A stretch of DNA of 64,000 nucleotides from Geopsychrobacteraceae bacterium (GCA_963676795.2 CAXXTB010000001.1:960001-1024000), one strand, 5' to 3'. Counted from the first letter of the stretch, positions 1 through 11,017 are shown. The notes: generated by a model not told the origin, from the letters alone. Program-made: numbers and translations.

Positions 1-2052
1 GAAAACCTGCTTGCCAATATCGACAAGGTTACCGGTAAGAAACGCCAGGAAAACCTGCGTGAATTCGCCGACCAGGCGCTCTTGTCGCGCCAGCTGGCCG
101 ACCTGATTTACGACCTGGAACTGGAGATCAGTTACGATGATCTGCTGCTAGGTGAGCCGAATCGTGAGGCGCTCGAAATTCTGTTTCGTGACTTGGAGTT
201 CACCAAGCTGATGCAGGAGTTCGCTCCGCAGGTTGTCGCAGAGCGCAAGGATGGCAACTACCAGGCGGTGCTCAGTGAAGCAGAGTTTGACGAGCTGCTG
301 GCAGAACTGAAGAAGGCAAAGCGTTTTGCCCTGGACACCGAGACGACCAGCCTCAATGCGGTCGAAGCCGAGCTGGTCGGCCTCTCCTTTGCTGTCGAGG
401 CGGGCAGTGCCTGGTATCTGCCGGTCGGCCACCGCTACCTGGGGGTGCCGGAGCAGCTGGATAAGGATCTGGTCATCGCGCGGCTGCGCCCGCTGCTGGA
501 GGATCCGCTGATCGAAAAGATCGGTCAGAATATCAAGTATGACGCCCTGGTCCTGCGCGGCGCCGGGATCGAACTGGCCGGTGTTGCCGTCGATACCATG
601 GTGCTCTCCTATGTTCTCTATCCGGAGGCCAAGTCGCATGGTCTTGACGCTCTGGCCCTGGAGCACCTCAATCATCAGATGATTCCATATTCAGAGGTCG
701 CCGGCAGCGGCAAGAAGCAGATCTGTTTCAGCGAGGTTGAGGTTGAAAAGGCGACGGTGTATGCCGCCGAAGATGCCGACATCACCCTGCAGCTGGCTGA
801 CAAGCTACTTAAGGAGCTGCCGGACGATGCGCGCCGTCAGCTGTTTTATGAGGTCGAGATGCCACTGGTCGAGGTGCTGACCCGCATGGAGTGGACCGGT
901 ATCCGGGTTGATGCCGATTTCCTCGGCCATCTTTCAGACGAACTGGGACATCAGCTGATCGGGCTGGAAAAGGCTATCCATGAGCTGGGGCAGGGGGCGT
1001 TCAATATCAATTCACCAAAACAGTTGGGCGAGGTCCTGTTTGAAAAGCTCGGCCTGCCGAAAGGGAAGAAGACCAAGACCGGCTGGTCGACCAACGTCGA
1101 AGTGCTGGAGAAACTGGCCGAAGAGCATGAGATCGCCAAAAAGATCCTCGATTACCGCTCATTGAGCAAACTCAAGAACACCTACAGCGATGCCCTGCCG
1201 AAGCTGATCAACCACCGCACCGGCCGCGTTCACACCTCCTTCAATCAGGCGGTGACCGCGACCGGCCGCCTGTCGTCGAGCGATCCCAATCTGCAGAATA
1301 TCCCGATCCGCAGCACCGAAGGGCGGCGCATCCGCGAGGCCTTTCTGCCTGAAGCAGGCTGGACCCTGGTCTCGGCTGATTATTCCCAGGTCGAGCTGCG
1401 GGTCATGGCCCATCTGGCCGATGTCGCCGCACTCAAGGAGAGTTTCGCCGCCGGCGAGGATATTCACAAGCGGACCGCCGGCGAGATCTTCAATGTCTTT
1501 CCCGAAATGGTCAGCGACGAGATGCGCCGCCAGGCCAAGACCATCAACTTCGGGGTGCTCTACGGCATGGGGGCCTTCAGCCTGGCCAAGGACCTGGGGA
1601 TCAGCCGCAGCGAAGCGCAGAGTTTCATCGATCACTATTTTGAACGCTATCCTGCGGTGCTCAATTTTCTGGAGCAGAAGAAACAGGAGGCCCGCGAGTG
1701 CCAGTATGTCACGACCCTGCTCGGTCGCCACTGCGCCGTGCCGGAGATCAACAGCAAGAACGGTGCGATCCGCAGTTATGCCGAGCGCAACGCCATCAAC
1801 TACCCGGTTCAGGGGAGCGCCGCCGACATTATCAAGGTGGCGATGATCAGGATCGACAAGTGTCTGCGTGACGAGCAGCTGCAGGCCCGCATGCTGTTGC
1901 AGGTCCATGATGAACTGGTCTTCGAGGTTCCTGCGGATGAGTTGGACAGGGTGATCGCCCTGATCCGTCAGGAGATGGAGCATGCCGTCGAGCTGGAGCT
2001 GCCGCTCAAGGTCGATGTCGGTCAGGGGGCCAACTGGGCTCAGGCCCACTGA
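1..2052 (+). CDS. polA: DNA polymerase I (5' part lies outside the window)
   Basis: Frame is open from base 1 (ENLLANIDKV...). 3'-5' exonuclease motif DTETT; PolA motifs ADYSQVELR, RRQAKTINFGVLYG, LQVHDELVFE. Confidence 0.98.
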   Translation, partial: ENLLANIDKVTGKKRQENLREFADQALLSRQLADLIYDLELEISYDDLLLGEPNREALEILFRDLEFTKLMQEFAPQVVAERKDGNYQAVLSEAEFDELLAELKKAKRFALDTETTSLNAVEAELVGLSFAVEAGSAWYLPVGHRYLGVPEQLDKDLVIARLRPLLEDPLIEKIGQNIKYDALVLRGAGIELAGVAVDTMVLSYVLYPEAKSHGLDALALEHLNHQMIPYSEVAGSGKKQICFSEVEVEKATVYAAEDADITLQLADKLLKELPDDARRQLFYEVEMPLVEVLTRMEWTGIRVDADFLGHLSDELGHQLIGLEKAIHELGQGAFNINSPKQLGEVLFEKLGLPKGKKTKTGWSTNVEVLEKLAEEHEIAKKILDYRSLSKLKNTYSDALPKLINHRTGRVHTSFNQAVTATGRLSSSDPNLQNIPIRSTEGRRIREAFLPEAGWTLVSADYSQVELRVMAHLADVAALKESFAAGEDIHKRTAGEIFNVFPEMVSDEMRRQAKTINFGVLYGMGAFSLAKDLGISRSEAQSFIDHYFERYPAVLNFLEQKKQEARECQYVTTLLGRHCAVPEINSKNGAIRSYAERNAINYPVQGSAADIIKVAMIRIDKCLRDEQLQARMLLQVHDELVFEVPADELDRVIALIRQEMEHAVELELPLKVDVGQGANWAQAH

Positions 2053-2219
2053 CGGCGATAGCGGTTTAGAGAAAGGGCACTGTCAGAACTTGGTTAATCT
2101 GAGGCCCCTTGCTTTCATGAAGAGCGGGATGTGCTATCGTTATATTTGTTGCACTAAGATTTCCCCATGTCGCAGATATGAGCTTTGGGGGCGTCCTCTT
2201 TTCGAGACAGGCTAAAACC

Positions 2220-4721
2220 ATGAATCTGAAACGCTTCAAGACCAACGATATCAGTGTGCGGTTAACGGCTCTGCCACCACTGGCTGACGATGCCGAGTCC
2301 CTTGATTATGATTTCAGGCGTTATTACACCTATAATCTCGGGCGTGACCGGAACTGCAGGTTGACCCACTACGCCTATGAGGCGCTGGCGCTGACGGTCC
2401 GCGACCGGCTGATGGAACGCTGGACCAAAACCCGTTATGCCTACGAAGAGAATAACTGCCGGCGGGCCTACTACCTGTCTCTCGAATTTCTGATGGGGCG
2501 GGCGATGGGCAATGCTGTTCTGAACATCGGGCTCAATGGCGAACTCAAAACCGCTCTGGCCAAGCGTTGTCTGGATTTCGAAGAGCTGGAGATGATCGAA
2601 CCGGACGCCGGGCTTGGCAACGGCGGTCTGGGCCGTCTGGCGGCCTGCTTTCTCGACAGCTGTGCAACTTTGCAACTGCCGGTTCAGGGTTACGGCATCC
2701 GCTATGAATACGGCATGTTCCGGCAGCGTATCGAAAATGGCTTCCAGGTTGAAGAGCCCGACCACTGGCTGGAGACTGACAATATCTGGGAGATCAAGCG
2801 TCCCGAATACCGCCAGCGGATCAAGTTCGGCGGGCGGACCGAGTTCTATCAGGATGCTTACGGTCGTCAGCGGGTGCGCTGGGTCGATAGCCGCGATGTC
2901 CAGGCGATTCCTTACGATGTGCCGATTCCCGGTTATGAAAACGGTACGGTCAATACCCTGCGGCTGTGGAAAGCGGCAGCGACCGAAGACTTCGATCTGG
3001 ATGAATTCAACTCCGGTGATTACCCGGGGTCGGTCGCGGCGAAAAACGACGCGGAAAAGATCACCATGGTCCTCTATCCGAACGACGCCAGTGAGAGCGG
3101 CAAGGAGCTGCGCCTGCGTCAGCAGTATTTCCTCGCTTCGGCGAGCCTGCAGGATGTCCTTGACAAGTGGGTTGTCACCCGGGGCTCCGATTTAACTGAA
3201 TTTGCCGACCTCAACTGCTTCCAGCTCAACGATACCCATCCCAGCTGTGCTGTTGCCGAGCTGATGCGCCTGCTCCTCGATGAGCATGGCCTGGAGTGGG
3301 ATGAGGCCTGGTCGATCACCAGCCGGACCATGGCCTACACCAACCATACCCTGTTGCCCGAGGCTCTGGAAAAGTGGCCGGTGCGGCTGTTCCGGCAGCT
3401 GTTGCCGCGCCTGCTGGAGATCATCTACGAAATCAACGCCCGCTTCTTACGCGAGGTTGCCCAGCACTGGCCGGGTGATAACGACCGGCAGCGGCGCATG
3501 TCATTGATCGAAGAGGGGCCCGATCCGCAGGTGCGTATGGCTTATCTGGCGATTGTCGGCAGTTTTTCTGTCAATGGGGTTGCGGAACTTCATTCCCAGC
3601 TGCTCAAGAGCGGCTTGTTCCGTGATTTTTATGAACTCTGGCCGAAGCGCTTCAACAACAAGACCAATGGCGTAACCCAACGGCGCTGGCTGGCTCTGGC
3701 CAATCCTGACCTGAGCACCCTGATCAGCGACAAGATCGGCCGTGGCTGGATCACCGACCTGTCCGAGCTGAGTCGCCTGACCCCCTTCGCCGGGGACACG
3801 GCCTTTCAGGAACAGTGGCGCCAGGTCAAGCGGCGTAACAAGGAACGCCTGGCGGAAATGGTTCTGCAGGAGTGCAGTGTGGTCTTTTCTCCCGACGCCC
3901 TGTTCGACGTTCAGGTCAAGCGGATTCACGAATACAAGCGCCAGCTGCTCAACATCCTGCATGTGATCCACCTCTACAACCGGATCAAGCGCGGCGATAC
4001 GCAAGGCTGGACGCCCCGTTGCGTGCTTTTCGGCGGCAAGGCGGCGCCAGGTTATGCCATGGCCAAGCTGATCATCAAGCTGATCAACAATGTCGCGGCA
4101 ATGGTCAACAGCGATGCCGATGTCGGGGAGCTGCTCAAGGTCGTGTTTCTGCCCAACTATCGGGTCTCGGCGATGGAGACGATCTGCCCCGGATCCGATC
4201 TTTCCGAGCAGATTTCCACGGCCGGAAAAGAAGCGTCAGGAACGGGGAACATGAAGTTCATGATCAACGGCGCCCTGACCATCGGCACCCTGGACGGAGC
4301 GAATATTGAGATCCGTGAGGAGGTCGGCGCCGAGAATTTCTTCCTATTCGGCCGTACCGCCGAGCAGGTCGAAAAAACCCGCAGGAATTACGATCCGGCG
4401 GCGATCGTTGCCGCCGATCCGAATCTTTCCCAGGTGATGCAGCTGCTGCGCAGTGGCCATTTCAGTCAGTTCGAAGCGGGGATCTTCGATCCGATTCTGG
4501 ATGCCATCCTAAGTCCGCATGATCCGTGGCTGGTGGCCGCCGATTTTACCAGTTATGTAGAGGCGCAGGAGCTGGTGGCCAAGGCCTATCTGGATGAGCA
4601 TAACTGGACGCGGATGAGCATCCTCAACACTGCGGCCGCAGGAAAGTTTTCGACCGACCGGACCATGGAGGACTACAACCGGGAAATCTGGAAACTGCAC
4701 AAGGTCGTTCCGAAAAGCTGA
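2220..4721 (+). CDS. glgP: Glycogen/starch phosphorylase
   Basis: LGNGGLGRLAACFLDS, QLNDTHP and the PLP-lysine motif EASGTGNMKF. Start 2220 chosen; 2178 is possible. Confidence 0.96.
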   Translation: MNLKRFKTNDISVRLTALPPLADDAESLDYDFRRYYTYNLGRDRNCRLTHYAYEALALTVRDRLMERWTKTRYAYEENNCRRAYYLSLEFLMGRAMGNAVLNIGLNGELKTALAKRCLDFEELEMIEPDAGLGNGGLGRLAACFLDSCATLQLPVQGYGIRYEYGMFRQRIENGFQVEEPDHWLETDNIWEIKRPEYRQRIKFGGRTEFYQDAYGRQRVRWVDSRDVQAIPYDVPIPGYENGTVNTLRLWKAAATEDFDLDEFNSGDYPGSVAAKNDAEKITMVLYPNDASESGKELRLRQQYFLASASLQDVLDKWVVTRGSDLTEFADLNCFQLNDTHPSCAVAELMRLLLDEHGLEWDEAWSITSRTMAYTNHTLLPEALEKWPVRLFRQLLPRLLEIIYEINARFLREVAQHWPGDNDRQRRMSLIEEGPDPQVRMAYLAIVGSFSVNGVAELHSQLLKSGLFRDFYELWPKRFNNKTNGVTQRRWLALANPDLSTLISDKIGRGWITDLSELSRLTPFAGDTAFQEQWRQVKRRNKERLAEMVLQECSVVFSPDALFDVQVKRIHEYKRQLLNILHVIHLYNRIKRGDTQGWTPRCVLFGGKAAPGYAMAKLIIKLINNVAAMVNSDADVGELLKVVFLPNYRVSAMETICPGSDLSEQISTAGKEASGTGNMKFMINGALTIGTLDGANIEIREEVGAENFFLFGRTAEQVEKTRRNYDPAAIVAADPNLSQVMQLLRSGHFSQFEAGIFDPILDAILSPHDPWLVAADFTSYVEAQELVAKAYLDEHNWTRMSILNTAAAGKFSTDRTMEDYNREIWKLHKVVPKS

Positions 4722-4735
4722 GCTTTTCAAAGTCT

Positions 4736-6442
4736 TTAGGAAATGACCACGCAGTTACGCCCTTTGCGTTTTGCCTCGTAAAGGGCGTCGTCCGCGCGTT
4801 TGAGCAGACTGTCAATATTGATATCGTTGATCGTGTACATGCTTGCGCCGATGCTGATGTTGATGGCAATTGTCGAACCGGCGTGCTGAATTCGTAACGC
4901 GGCAACGCTCTGACGCAGGCGTTCACAGATCTGTCCGGCCGCGTCCCTGTCCGATTCGGTCAGGATCGCGGCGAATTCCTCGCCACCGAAGCGGCCGAAG
5001 ATATCGGATGCACGCAGCTCCTGCTGACAGCAATTGACCATTCTCTTGAGCACCTCATCACCGACGTCGTGACCGTAGCTGTCGTTGATGCGTTTGAAGT
5101 GATCGATGTCGAGCATCACCGCGGCCAGCGGTGTGCCGTGGCGATGTGAGCGTTTCAGCTCGGCCATCGCTCTCTCGATGAAATGTCTGCGGTTGCTGGC
5201 ACCGGTCAGCGGGTCGGTCGTCGCCAGCTGGCGCAGCCGGTCTTCGATCTGTTTCTGATTGGTGATGTCGCGGACGACCGAAAAGACCCTCTTCTGCCCT
5301 TTTTCCGGAGAAGAACTCCAGGACAGCCAGCGCAGGGTGCCATCCTTGCAGTAACAGCGATTTTCAAAACCGATGACACTGTCCCCCTTGGCCAGGCGCT
5401 GCTGGATAGACAGGCTGCGCTCCCGGTCATCCTCAAAAACCAGGTCGAGCCAGTCCTTGCTCTTGAGCTCTTCCGCGCTCCAGCCCAGGGTCCTGTGCCA
5501 GGACGGGTTCAGTTCCAGAAAATGTCCGGCAAAACTGCTGACGCAGAGCATGTCAAGGGAAAGCTCAAAGATTTTCTGCCGGTCGTCTTCGACCCGTTTC
5601 AATTCGGTCAGGTCGCGAGCGATGATGGCAATCAGATCGGGGGGCTCTGCGCCGTTGAGTAGGGGTGAATAAGAGACGGAAAAAAAACGATTGCCATTGG
5701 GAATCTCCTGCCAGACCTCAAACTGGACTTTTTCACCGGCAAAGGCTTTCTGCAGGTTGGGCAAGGCAGTACGGGTGAAAGTCTCCCGGCCGACAACCTC
5801 CTGCAAGGACAGGCCGACCAACTCTGATTGCACATGTTTGAATGCTTCCCGGTAAGCCCGGTTGACATAATGGAAGTGATAGCTGCTGTCGAGCAGGGCG
5901 ATCAGGTCGTTGGTCGTGTTGACCAGGGTATCGATCAGCTTGAGCTCCTGTTTGAGCTTGACGGCGTTACTGATGTCCCTGGCAAAAACAGAGATGCCGA
6001 TGATCTGATCAGCTTTTCTGACCGGCTGGATCGTTGTCGCGTATTCACGCTGGTCGTCGGCTGATAAATTGAGGCGCAGCGTCTGTCCCCTGAGGGCAGA
6101 ATCATATAGCTTGTCGAACAATAGGGCATTGATGTCGGTGAAGATTTCCTCAACCCGCATGCCGGGAGTCAGTTCGATATCTCTGCGGCGGGCGAAAGCT
6201 GCCTGGGCAGCTTTGTTGGCGAAAAGCAGTTTTCTCTCCCTGTCGACAGTCCAGATGATGTCTTCAGAGCTGTTCAGCAGGGACAGGAGGTTGTCACTGT
6301 TCTGCTGCCAGGCTGAGGCACAGTATTCAGTGGAGAGTGATGAATCGGCCGCGTGACGGGGCTTGTCTACGCAGGAAACAGTCTGTTCGGCCGAAGATTT
6401 GGGCTCAATGATCATCATCGTATGGCTCACAGGGCATAGCAT
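4736..6442 (-). CDS. Multi-PAS diguanylate cyclase
   Basis: Three PAS-like repeats, then TDPLTG...DIDHFK...RASDIFGRFGGEEF (GGEEF active site, RxxD I-site). Start codon uncertain. Confidence 0.93.
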   Translation of the reverse strand: MLCPVSHTMMIIEPKSSAEQTVSCVDKPRHAADSSLSTEYCASAWQQNSDNLLSLLNSSEDIIWTVDRERKLLFANKAAQAAFARRRDIELTPGMRVEEIFTDINALLFDKLYDSALRGQTLRLNLSADDQREYATTIQPVRKADQIIGISVFARDISNAVKLKQELKLIDTLVNTTNDLIALLDSSYHFHYVNRAYREAFKHVQSELVGLSLQEVVGRETFTRTALPNLQKAFAGEKVQFEVWQEIPNGNRFFSVSYSPLLNGAEPPDLIAIIARDLTELKRVEDDRQKIFELSLDMLCVSSFAGHFLELNPSWHRTLGWSAEELKSKDWLDLVFEDDRERSLSIQQRLAKGDSVIGFENRCYCKDGTLRWLSWSSSPEKGQKRVFSVVRDITNQKQIEDRLRQLATTDPLTGASNRRHFIERAMAELKRSHRHGTPLAAVMLDIDHFKRINDSYGHDVGDEVLKRMVNCCQQELRASDIFGRFGGEEFAAILTESDRDAAGQICERLRQSVAALRIQHAGSTIAINISIGASMYTINDINIDSLLKRADDALYEAKRKGRNCVVIS

Positions 6443-6659
6443 GAACAGCGATAAAGCAAGGTGACTTCAGATATTTTATGAGGGATTATAGCGGGAAAAA
6501 CTGGAAAAAGAGCGTTTTTTAATAAAAAAATTGGCTTTTATCTATGATTCTGAGAGTCTTTCCTGATTGTTCTGATGGAATTGCAATGTTTTTCAAATGT
6601 TTTTATACTCCGGTGAGACTCCAGGGTAGCTAGTTAGTTTTCAATCTGAAAACTTACGC

Positions 6660-6688
6660 GTTGCCCTCCGGAGTTTCCGGATGGCAAC
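6660..6688. repeat. 29-bp palindromic repeat, copy 1
   Basis: gttgccctccggagtttccggatggcaac; 26/29 identical to 61953-61981. Confidence 0.6.
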
Positions 6689-6727
6689 TAGATAACCTGT
6701 ACCGGTAGCGCAAGTGGGATATTTGCT

Positions 6728-7957
6728 TTGGCTCTGATTTATATCGACGATCTGTTAGAGGGGATGGTGCTGGCCGAGGACCTGTACACGGTCAGCGGAC
6801 GTTTCGTTCTGGCCGCAGGCTGCACACTGAAACAGGATCAGCTGACCCAGTTGAAGCAGTGGGGGGTCATTGAGGCCTCTATCTCTGACGAAAGTATCGG
6901 TGAGGAGTATGCCCGCCTGCTGGAGCCCGGGCAGGAGTTTGTTGACCGGGCCGGGGGCTACCTGTTGCGCCGCTTCATCCTGAACGATATCGGCAGTGAG
7001 CCTCTGGCAACCCTGTATCGACATGCCCTCTGGCTCTTTGCCAGGCGTTTGGAGCGCGGTCTGGATCCGACCCTGCCGAGTTATGTCAAGCTGCCAGAGT
7101 TCACCCAGGGGCCGGGACCGCTCTCTTTGCCGCAACTGTTGAAAGGAGAGATCGATGTCGTTTCATTGCCCTCGGTGTATAACCGGGTTCTGGAAATCAT
7201 AGAATGCCCGGATGTCTCGTCGGCCAAGATCGCCGATGTGATCAGCAAGGACGCCAACCTGACCCTGCGTCTGTTGCGCCTGGTCAACAGCCCCTTGTAC
7301 GGTTTCGGCGGCAAGATCGATACGGTTTCAAGAGCCGTCTCACTGATCGGGACCAATGAGCTCTCTTCCCTCGCGCTGGGTGTCACCCTGGTCAAGACTT
7401 TCCAGAGTATTCCGTCTGAGCTGATGGATATGAATTCGTTCTGGCGACACTCGATCCGCTGTGCTCTATTTGCCCGGACCATTGCCGATCACCTCAAACT
7501 GGACGGGGTCGAAGGTTATTTTACCGGTGGGCTGCTGCACGATATCGGCCGGTTGATCATGATCGAGCGTATGCCGGAACAGTATGCCGCTGCGATTCAG
7601 CGCGCCCGTGAGGAACGCCTGCCGATGTACCGTGCCGAGCAGCTCTGCCTGCAGCTGGATCATACCATCGTCGGTAAAACCCTGGCGAGCAAGTGGCGGC
7701 TTCCCGCGCCGCTGGTGCGGATGATCGGCGGTCACCATTCGCCGCGGCTGGCCAACTATTCGATTGAATCCTGTGTCATGCATGCCGCCGATCTTTTCGC
7801 TCATGGCTGTGGCTACGAAATTCTCCTGGTCAACGAGGTGCCTGAGCTTCAGCAGAAAGCCTGGGATGAACTCGGCCTTGACCTGGCCCTTATCGGCCCG
7901 ACCGTGCGCCTGGTGGAGCAGGAATTCCGCCAGATCGTCAACGCCTTTTTCGATTAA
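6728..7957 (+). CDS. HDOD domain signalling protein
   Basis: LPSVY...LLRLVNSPLYG...FWRHS...GLLHDIGRL...W.LP...HH pattern; N-terminal GMVLAEDL segment typical of HD-GYP/HDOD proteins. Confidence 0.9.
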   Translation: MALIYIDDLLEGMVLAEDLYTVSGRFVLAAGCTLKQDQLTQLKQWGVIEASISDESIGEEYARLLEPGQEFVDRAGGYLLRRFILNDIGSEPLATLYRHALWLFARRLERGLDPTLPSYVKLPEFTQGPGPLSLPQLLKGEIDVVSLPSVYNRVLEIIECPDVSSAKIADVISKDANLTLRLLRLVNSPLYGFGGKIDTVSRAVSLIGTNELSSLALGVTLVKTFQSIPSELMDMNSFWRHSIRCALFARTIADHLKLDGVEGYFTGGLLHDIGRLIMIERMPEQYAAAIQRAREERLPMYRAEQLCLQLDHTIVGKTLASKWRLPAPLVRMIGGHHSPRLANYSIESCVMHAADLFAHGCGYEILLVNEVPELQQKAWDELGLDLALIGPTVRLVEQEFRQIVNAFFD

Positions 7958-7962
7958 AAAGC

Positions 7963-9498
7963 TCAATGCTGCCCTGGGCGGGAAGGGGGGCGTTGTTTAG
8001 GCAACGGAGAGGGACCGGAACTGATCGGTCGTCCTGCCGCTCTGGCAATCCCCTTGATCATGCCGTTGAAGACAAAGTGATGGGCCGGTGACACGCCGTA
8101 CCAGTAGAGCAGTCCCCAGAGCCCTTTGGGCAGGAACCGCGCGGTCTGGACAAGTTCTGTCTGGCCGGATTCCAGCTGCTGTAGCTGAAACGACAGAATG
8201 GCCTTGCCGGGCAGTTTCATTTCCGCGACCAGACTGAGCAGCCCCGGCGGTTTGATGTTCAGGACCCGCCAGAAGTCGAGCGCGTCGCCGGTGTAGAGCT
8301 CATGGCTGCTGCGTCGCCCGCGAATCAGTCCGGCGCCGCCGATCAGCCGATCGATAGCCCCGCGCATACGCCACAGCCAGTTGCCGTAATAATAGCCGAC
8401 CTCACCGCCAATCGCTTGAATCGCCGGCCAGATCTCCTCCGGCGTGCCATCGATGACAGCGCGTCGGATATCTTCGAAAACACTCCCCCCGGCCCAGGCC
8501 GGGTCGCCGGGGATGCTCCATTCTGCGGGGCGCATCAGGCCGGAATCGGACCAGGAGGTTTCGACCTGCTGCTGGCGAATCCTTTCCAGGGCCAGGCGGA
8601 TCGCCTTGCGTGCGTCAAACAGCTCCTGAGGAAGCAGCTCCCTGATGCGGTTCTCGCGGCAGATGACCGGGTTGCGCAGGCCTTCCGCCAGGGGGCGCGC
8701 CAGTGCTGCAGGGATCGGCGTGACCAGGTGGATCCAGTAGGAGCTGAAGCGGGGCGTCAGGATCGGCAGAGAGTGGATATGACGCGCCGGAAGTCCGGCT
8801 TCCTCGGCGTAGATCTGCATCAGCTGGCGGTAGGTTGTTACCTCCGGCTGGCCGATATCAAAGGACTGTCCGTAGGTTTCCGGCTTATCCAGACAGCCGG
8901 TCAGGTAGTAGAGGACATTGCGCACGCCGATCGGCTGGCAGGGGGTGTCGACCCAGGTCGGGGTCAGCATCAGGGGCAGGCGATCGACCAGATAGCGCAG
9001 TATTTCAAAGGAGGCGCTGCCGGAACCGATAATCATCGCTGCCCTGAGAATGGTCACCGGCACCGGGCCCGCTTGCAGAACCTGACCGACTTCGCTGCGT
9101 GAGCGCAGATGGTGGCTGAGCTGCGACTGTTCATCGCCGAGTCCGCCGAGGTAGATGATCTGCTGCAGATCCGCCTCGGCCGCAGCGTACGCCATGTTTT
9201 CCGCCGCCAGGCGGTCGGTCCGGGCAAAGTCGCTGACCGCCGGGTTCATCGAATGGATCAGGTAGTAGGCCGCCCGGCAGCCGCGCATGGCCGCAGTCAG
9301 TGACTCCCGGTCGAGGATATCACCTTTGATGATGTGCAGGTTCTTATGTCCGGCCCAGGGGCGGCTGCTCAACTTGTCCGGTGAGCGCGCCAGTGCCCTG
9401 ACCCGGTGCCCGGTGTTGAGCAGCCTGGGGACAAGCCGCCCACCGATGTAGCCGCTGGCTCCGGCGACCAGAATCTCTGCTGAACTTTGCTCTGTCAT
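7963..9498 (-). CDS. NAD(P)-binding SDR-like protein with C-terminal DUF2867 (YbjT-like)
   Basis: GASGYIGG Rossmann motif; C-terminal RGRR...GDALDFWRV...AEMKLPG...GLLYWY. Confidence 0.88.
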   Translation of the reverse strand: MTEQSSAEILVAGASGYIGGRLVPRLLNTGHRVRALARSPDKLSSRPWAGHKNLHIIKGDILDRESLTAAMRGCRAAYYLIHSMNPAVSDFARTDRLAAENMAYAAAEADLQQIIYLGGLGDEQSQLSHHLRSRSEVGQVLQAGPVPVTILRAAMIIGSGSASFEILRYLVDRLPLMLTPTWVDTPCQPIGVRNVLYYLTGCLDKPETYGQSFDIGQPEVTTYRQLMQIYAEEAGLPARHIHSLPILTPRFSSYWIHLVTPIPAALARPLAEGLRNPVICRENRIRELLPQELFDARKAIRLALERIRQQQVETSWSDSGLMRPAEWSIPGDPAWAGGSVFEDIRRAVIDGTPEEIWPAIQAIGGEVGYYYGNWLWRMRGAIDRLIGGAGLIRGRRSSHELYTGDALDFWRVLNIKPPGLLSLVAEMKLPGKAILSFQLQQLESGQTELVQTARFLPKGLWGLLYWYGVSPAHHFVFNGMIKGIARAAGRPISSGPSPLPKQRPPSRPGQH

Positions 9499-9609
9499 GC
9501 ACATCTCCCGACTTTCTTTGATAGTGACTGATCCGCGGGCATTTGCAAGTTTGAACAGAAAATTTCCAGTTTTGCTAGACTTGATGACAGATCGGAAAAG
9601 GAGGTTGCC

Positions 9610-10563
9610 GTGAGTGAAAAAATTCGTTTAGGAATCAGTTCCTGCCTGCTCGGAGCCAAGGTTCGTTATGATGGCGGACACAAGTTTGATACCTACCTGG
9701 CCAACGTGCTGGGCGAATATGTCGAGTATGTGCCGGTCTGTCCTGAAGTTGAGGTCGGGCTGCCGATCCCGCGTGAATCGCTGCGCCTGCAGTTGAACGA
9801 CAAGGACGAGGTTCGGCTGGTGTTTACCCGCAGTGGCGGTGATATGACCGAGCGGATGGAGGCCTGGGCAAGGCGGCGGGTCGATCAGTTGCGTCAGGAA
9901 AATCTCGACGGCTTTGTGTTTAAATCCAAATCGCCCAGTAGCGGGATGGAGAGGGTCAAGCTTTACAACCAGAAGGGGGTGCCGCGCAATATCGGTGTCG
10001 GCGTCTTCGCGCGGATTTTTCTCGAGGCTTTTCCCTTGTTGCCGACCGAAGAAGAAGGGCGCCTGCACGATCCCCGGCTGCGTGAGAACTTTGTCGCGGC
10101 GATTTTCACCCTCAAACGCTGGCGTCAGACCATGGAATCCGGTCTGTCAGTCGGCGCACTGGTCGATTTTCACAGTCGTCACAAGCTGCTGCTGCTGGCA
10201 CACAGTGAAAAACTGGCACGCCAGATGGGACAATTGACCGGACAGCATCGGGGGTTGTCGACTGAAGAACTGTTTGAAGCCTACCAGGCTCTGTTGATGC
10301 AGGTGCTGAAACTCAAGACGACCCCGAAGAAGCATGCCCATGTCATGCAGCGGATTCTCGGCTATTTTAAAGAACAGCTGAGCAGCGATGAAAAGCAGGA
10401 AACTCTCGAGCTGATCGAGCGTTACAAGAATGGTCAGCTCCCGCTGATCGTGCCCTTGACCCTGCTTAACCACTTCGTTCGCAAGTATGATCAGTCTTTT
10501 TTGAAACAGCAGGTTTATCTCAATCCCCATCCGGCCGAGTTGAAATTGCTCAACCATGTCTGA
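9610..10563 (+). CDS. DUF523 (TudS-like Fe-S) + DUF1722 (YbgA-like) fusion protein
   Basis: ISSCLLG..VRYDGGH, VCPEVE.GL..PR, KSPSSG; C-terminal FHSRHKLLLLAH...YLNPHP; GGAGG RBS before GTG. Confidence 0.88.
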   Translation: MSEKIRLGISSCLLGAKVRYDGGHKFDTYLANVLGEYVEYVPVCPEVEVGLPIPRESLRLQLNDKDEVRLVFTRSGGDMTERMEAWARRRVDQLRQENLDGFVFKSKSPSSGMERVKLYNQKGVPRNIGVGVFARIFLEAFPLLPTEEEGRLHDPRLRENFVAAIFTLKRWRQTMESGLSVGALVDFHSRHKLLLLAHSEKLARQMGQLTGQHRGLSTEELFEAYQALLMQVLKLKTTPKKHAHVMQRILGYFKEQLSSDEKQETLELIERYKNGQLPLIVPLTLLNHFVRKYDQSFLKQQVYLNPHPAELKLLNHV

Positions 10564-10717
10564 TTCTATGATTTTTAAAGAGCGTAAATTATTGGAAATA
10601 ATGTATGTATAGCTGTTTGTGGCTTTTTCATTAGCAATAGGGGCGTTTTATGCTAATATCTGCGGCCCAAGAGCGGCATGGTGCCGTTCAAATTTAAATT
10701 GGTAAGGAGAAGTCAAA

Positions 10718-11017
10718 ATGAAAAAGTTGAACCAGAACATCTGCCTGCTGCTGGCGGCTGGGGTCTGCATTGCGTCGCTGGTTTTCACCGGCTGCAACAA
10801 TTCCCCGAAGACGGCAGAGGCCCCGGCGCAGGAAGCAGAACAGCCTGTTGCTGAAACCGCCGAACTGGTCGGAAAAACTGCTGATATGGCCGTAGAGGCC
10901 GGTCAGGAGATTGTTCAGGCCGCAGAAGAGCTGAGCGAGGCAGGAACCGTTGTTGTCGATGAAACGGCGGCTGATCTGAATGAGGTGGTGACCGCTGCCA
11001 AAGAGAAGGCAGAATAA
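10718..11017 (+). CDS. Small acidic Ala/Glu-rich lipoprotein
   Basis: AAGGAG RBS; signal peptide ending in lipobox FTGC. Confidence 0.75.
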   Translation: MKKLNQNICLLLAAGVCIASLVFTGCNNSPKTAEAPAQEAEQPVAETAELVGKTADMAVEAGQEIVQAAEELSEAGTVVVDETAADLNEVVTAAKEKAE

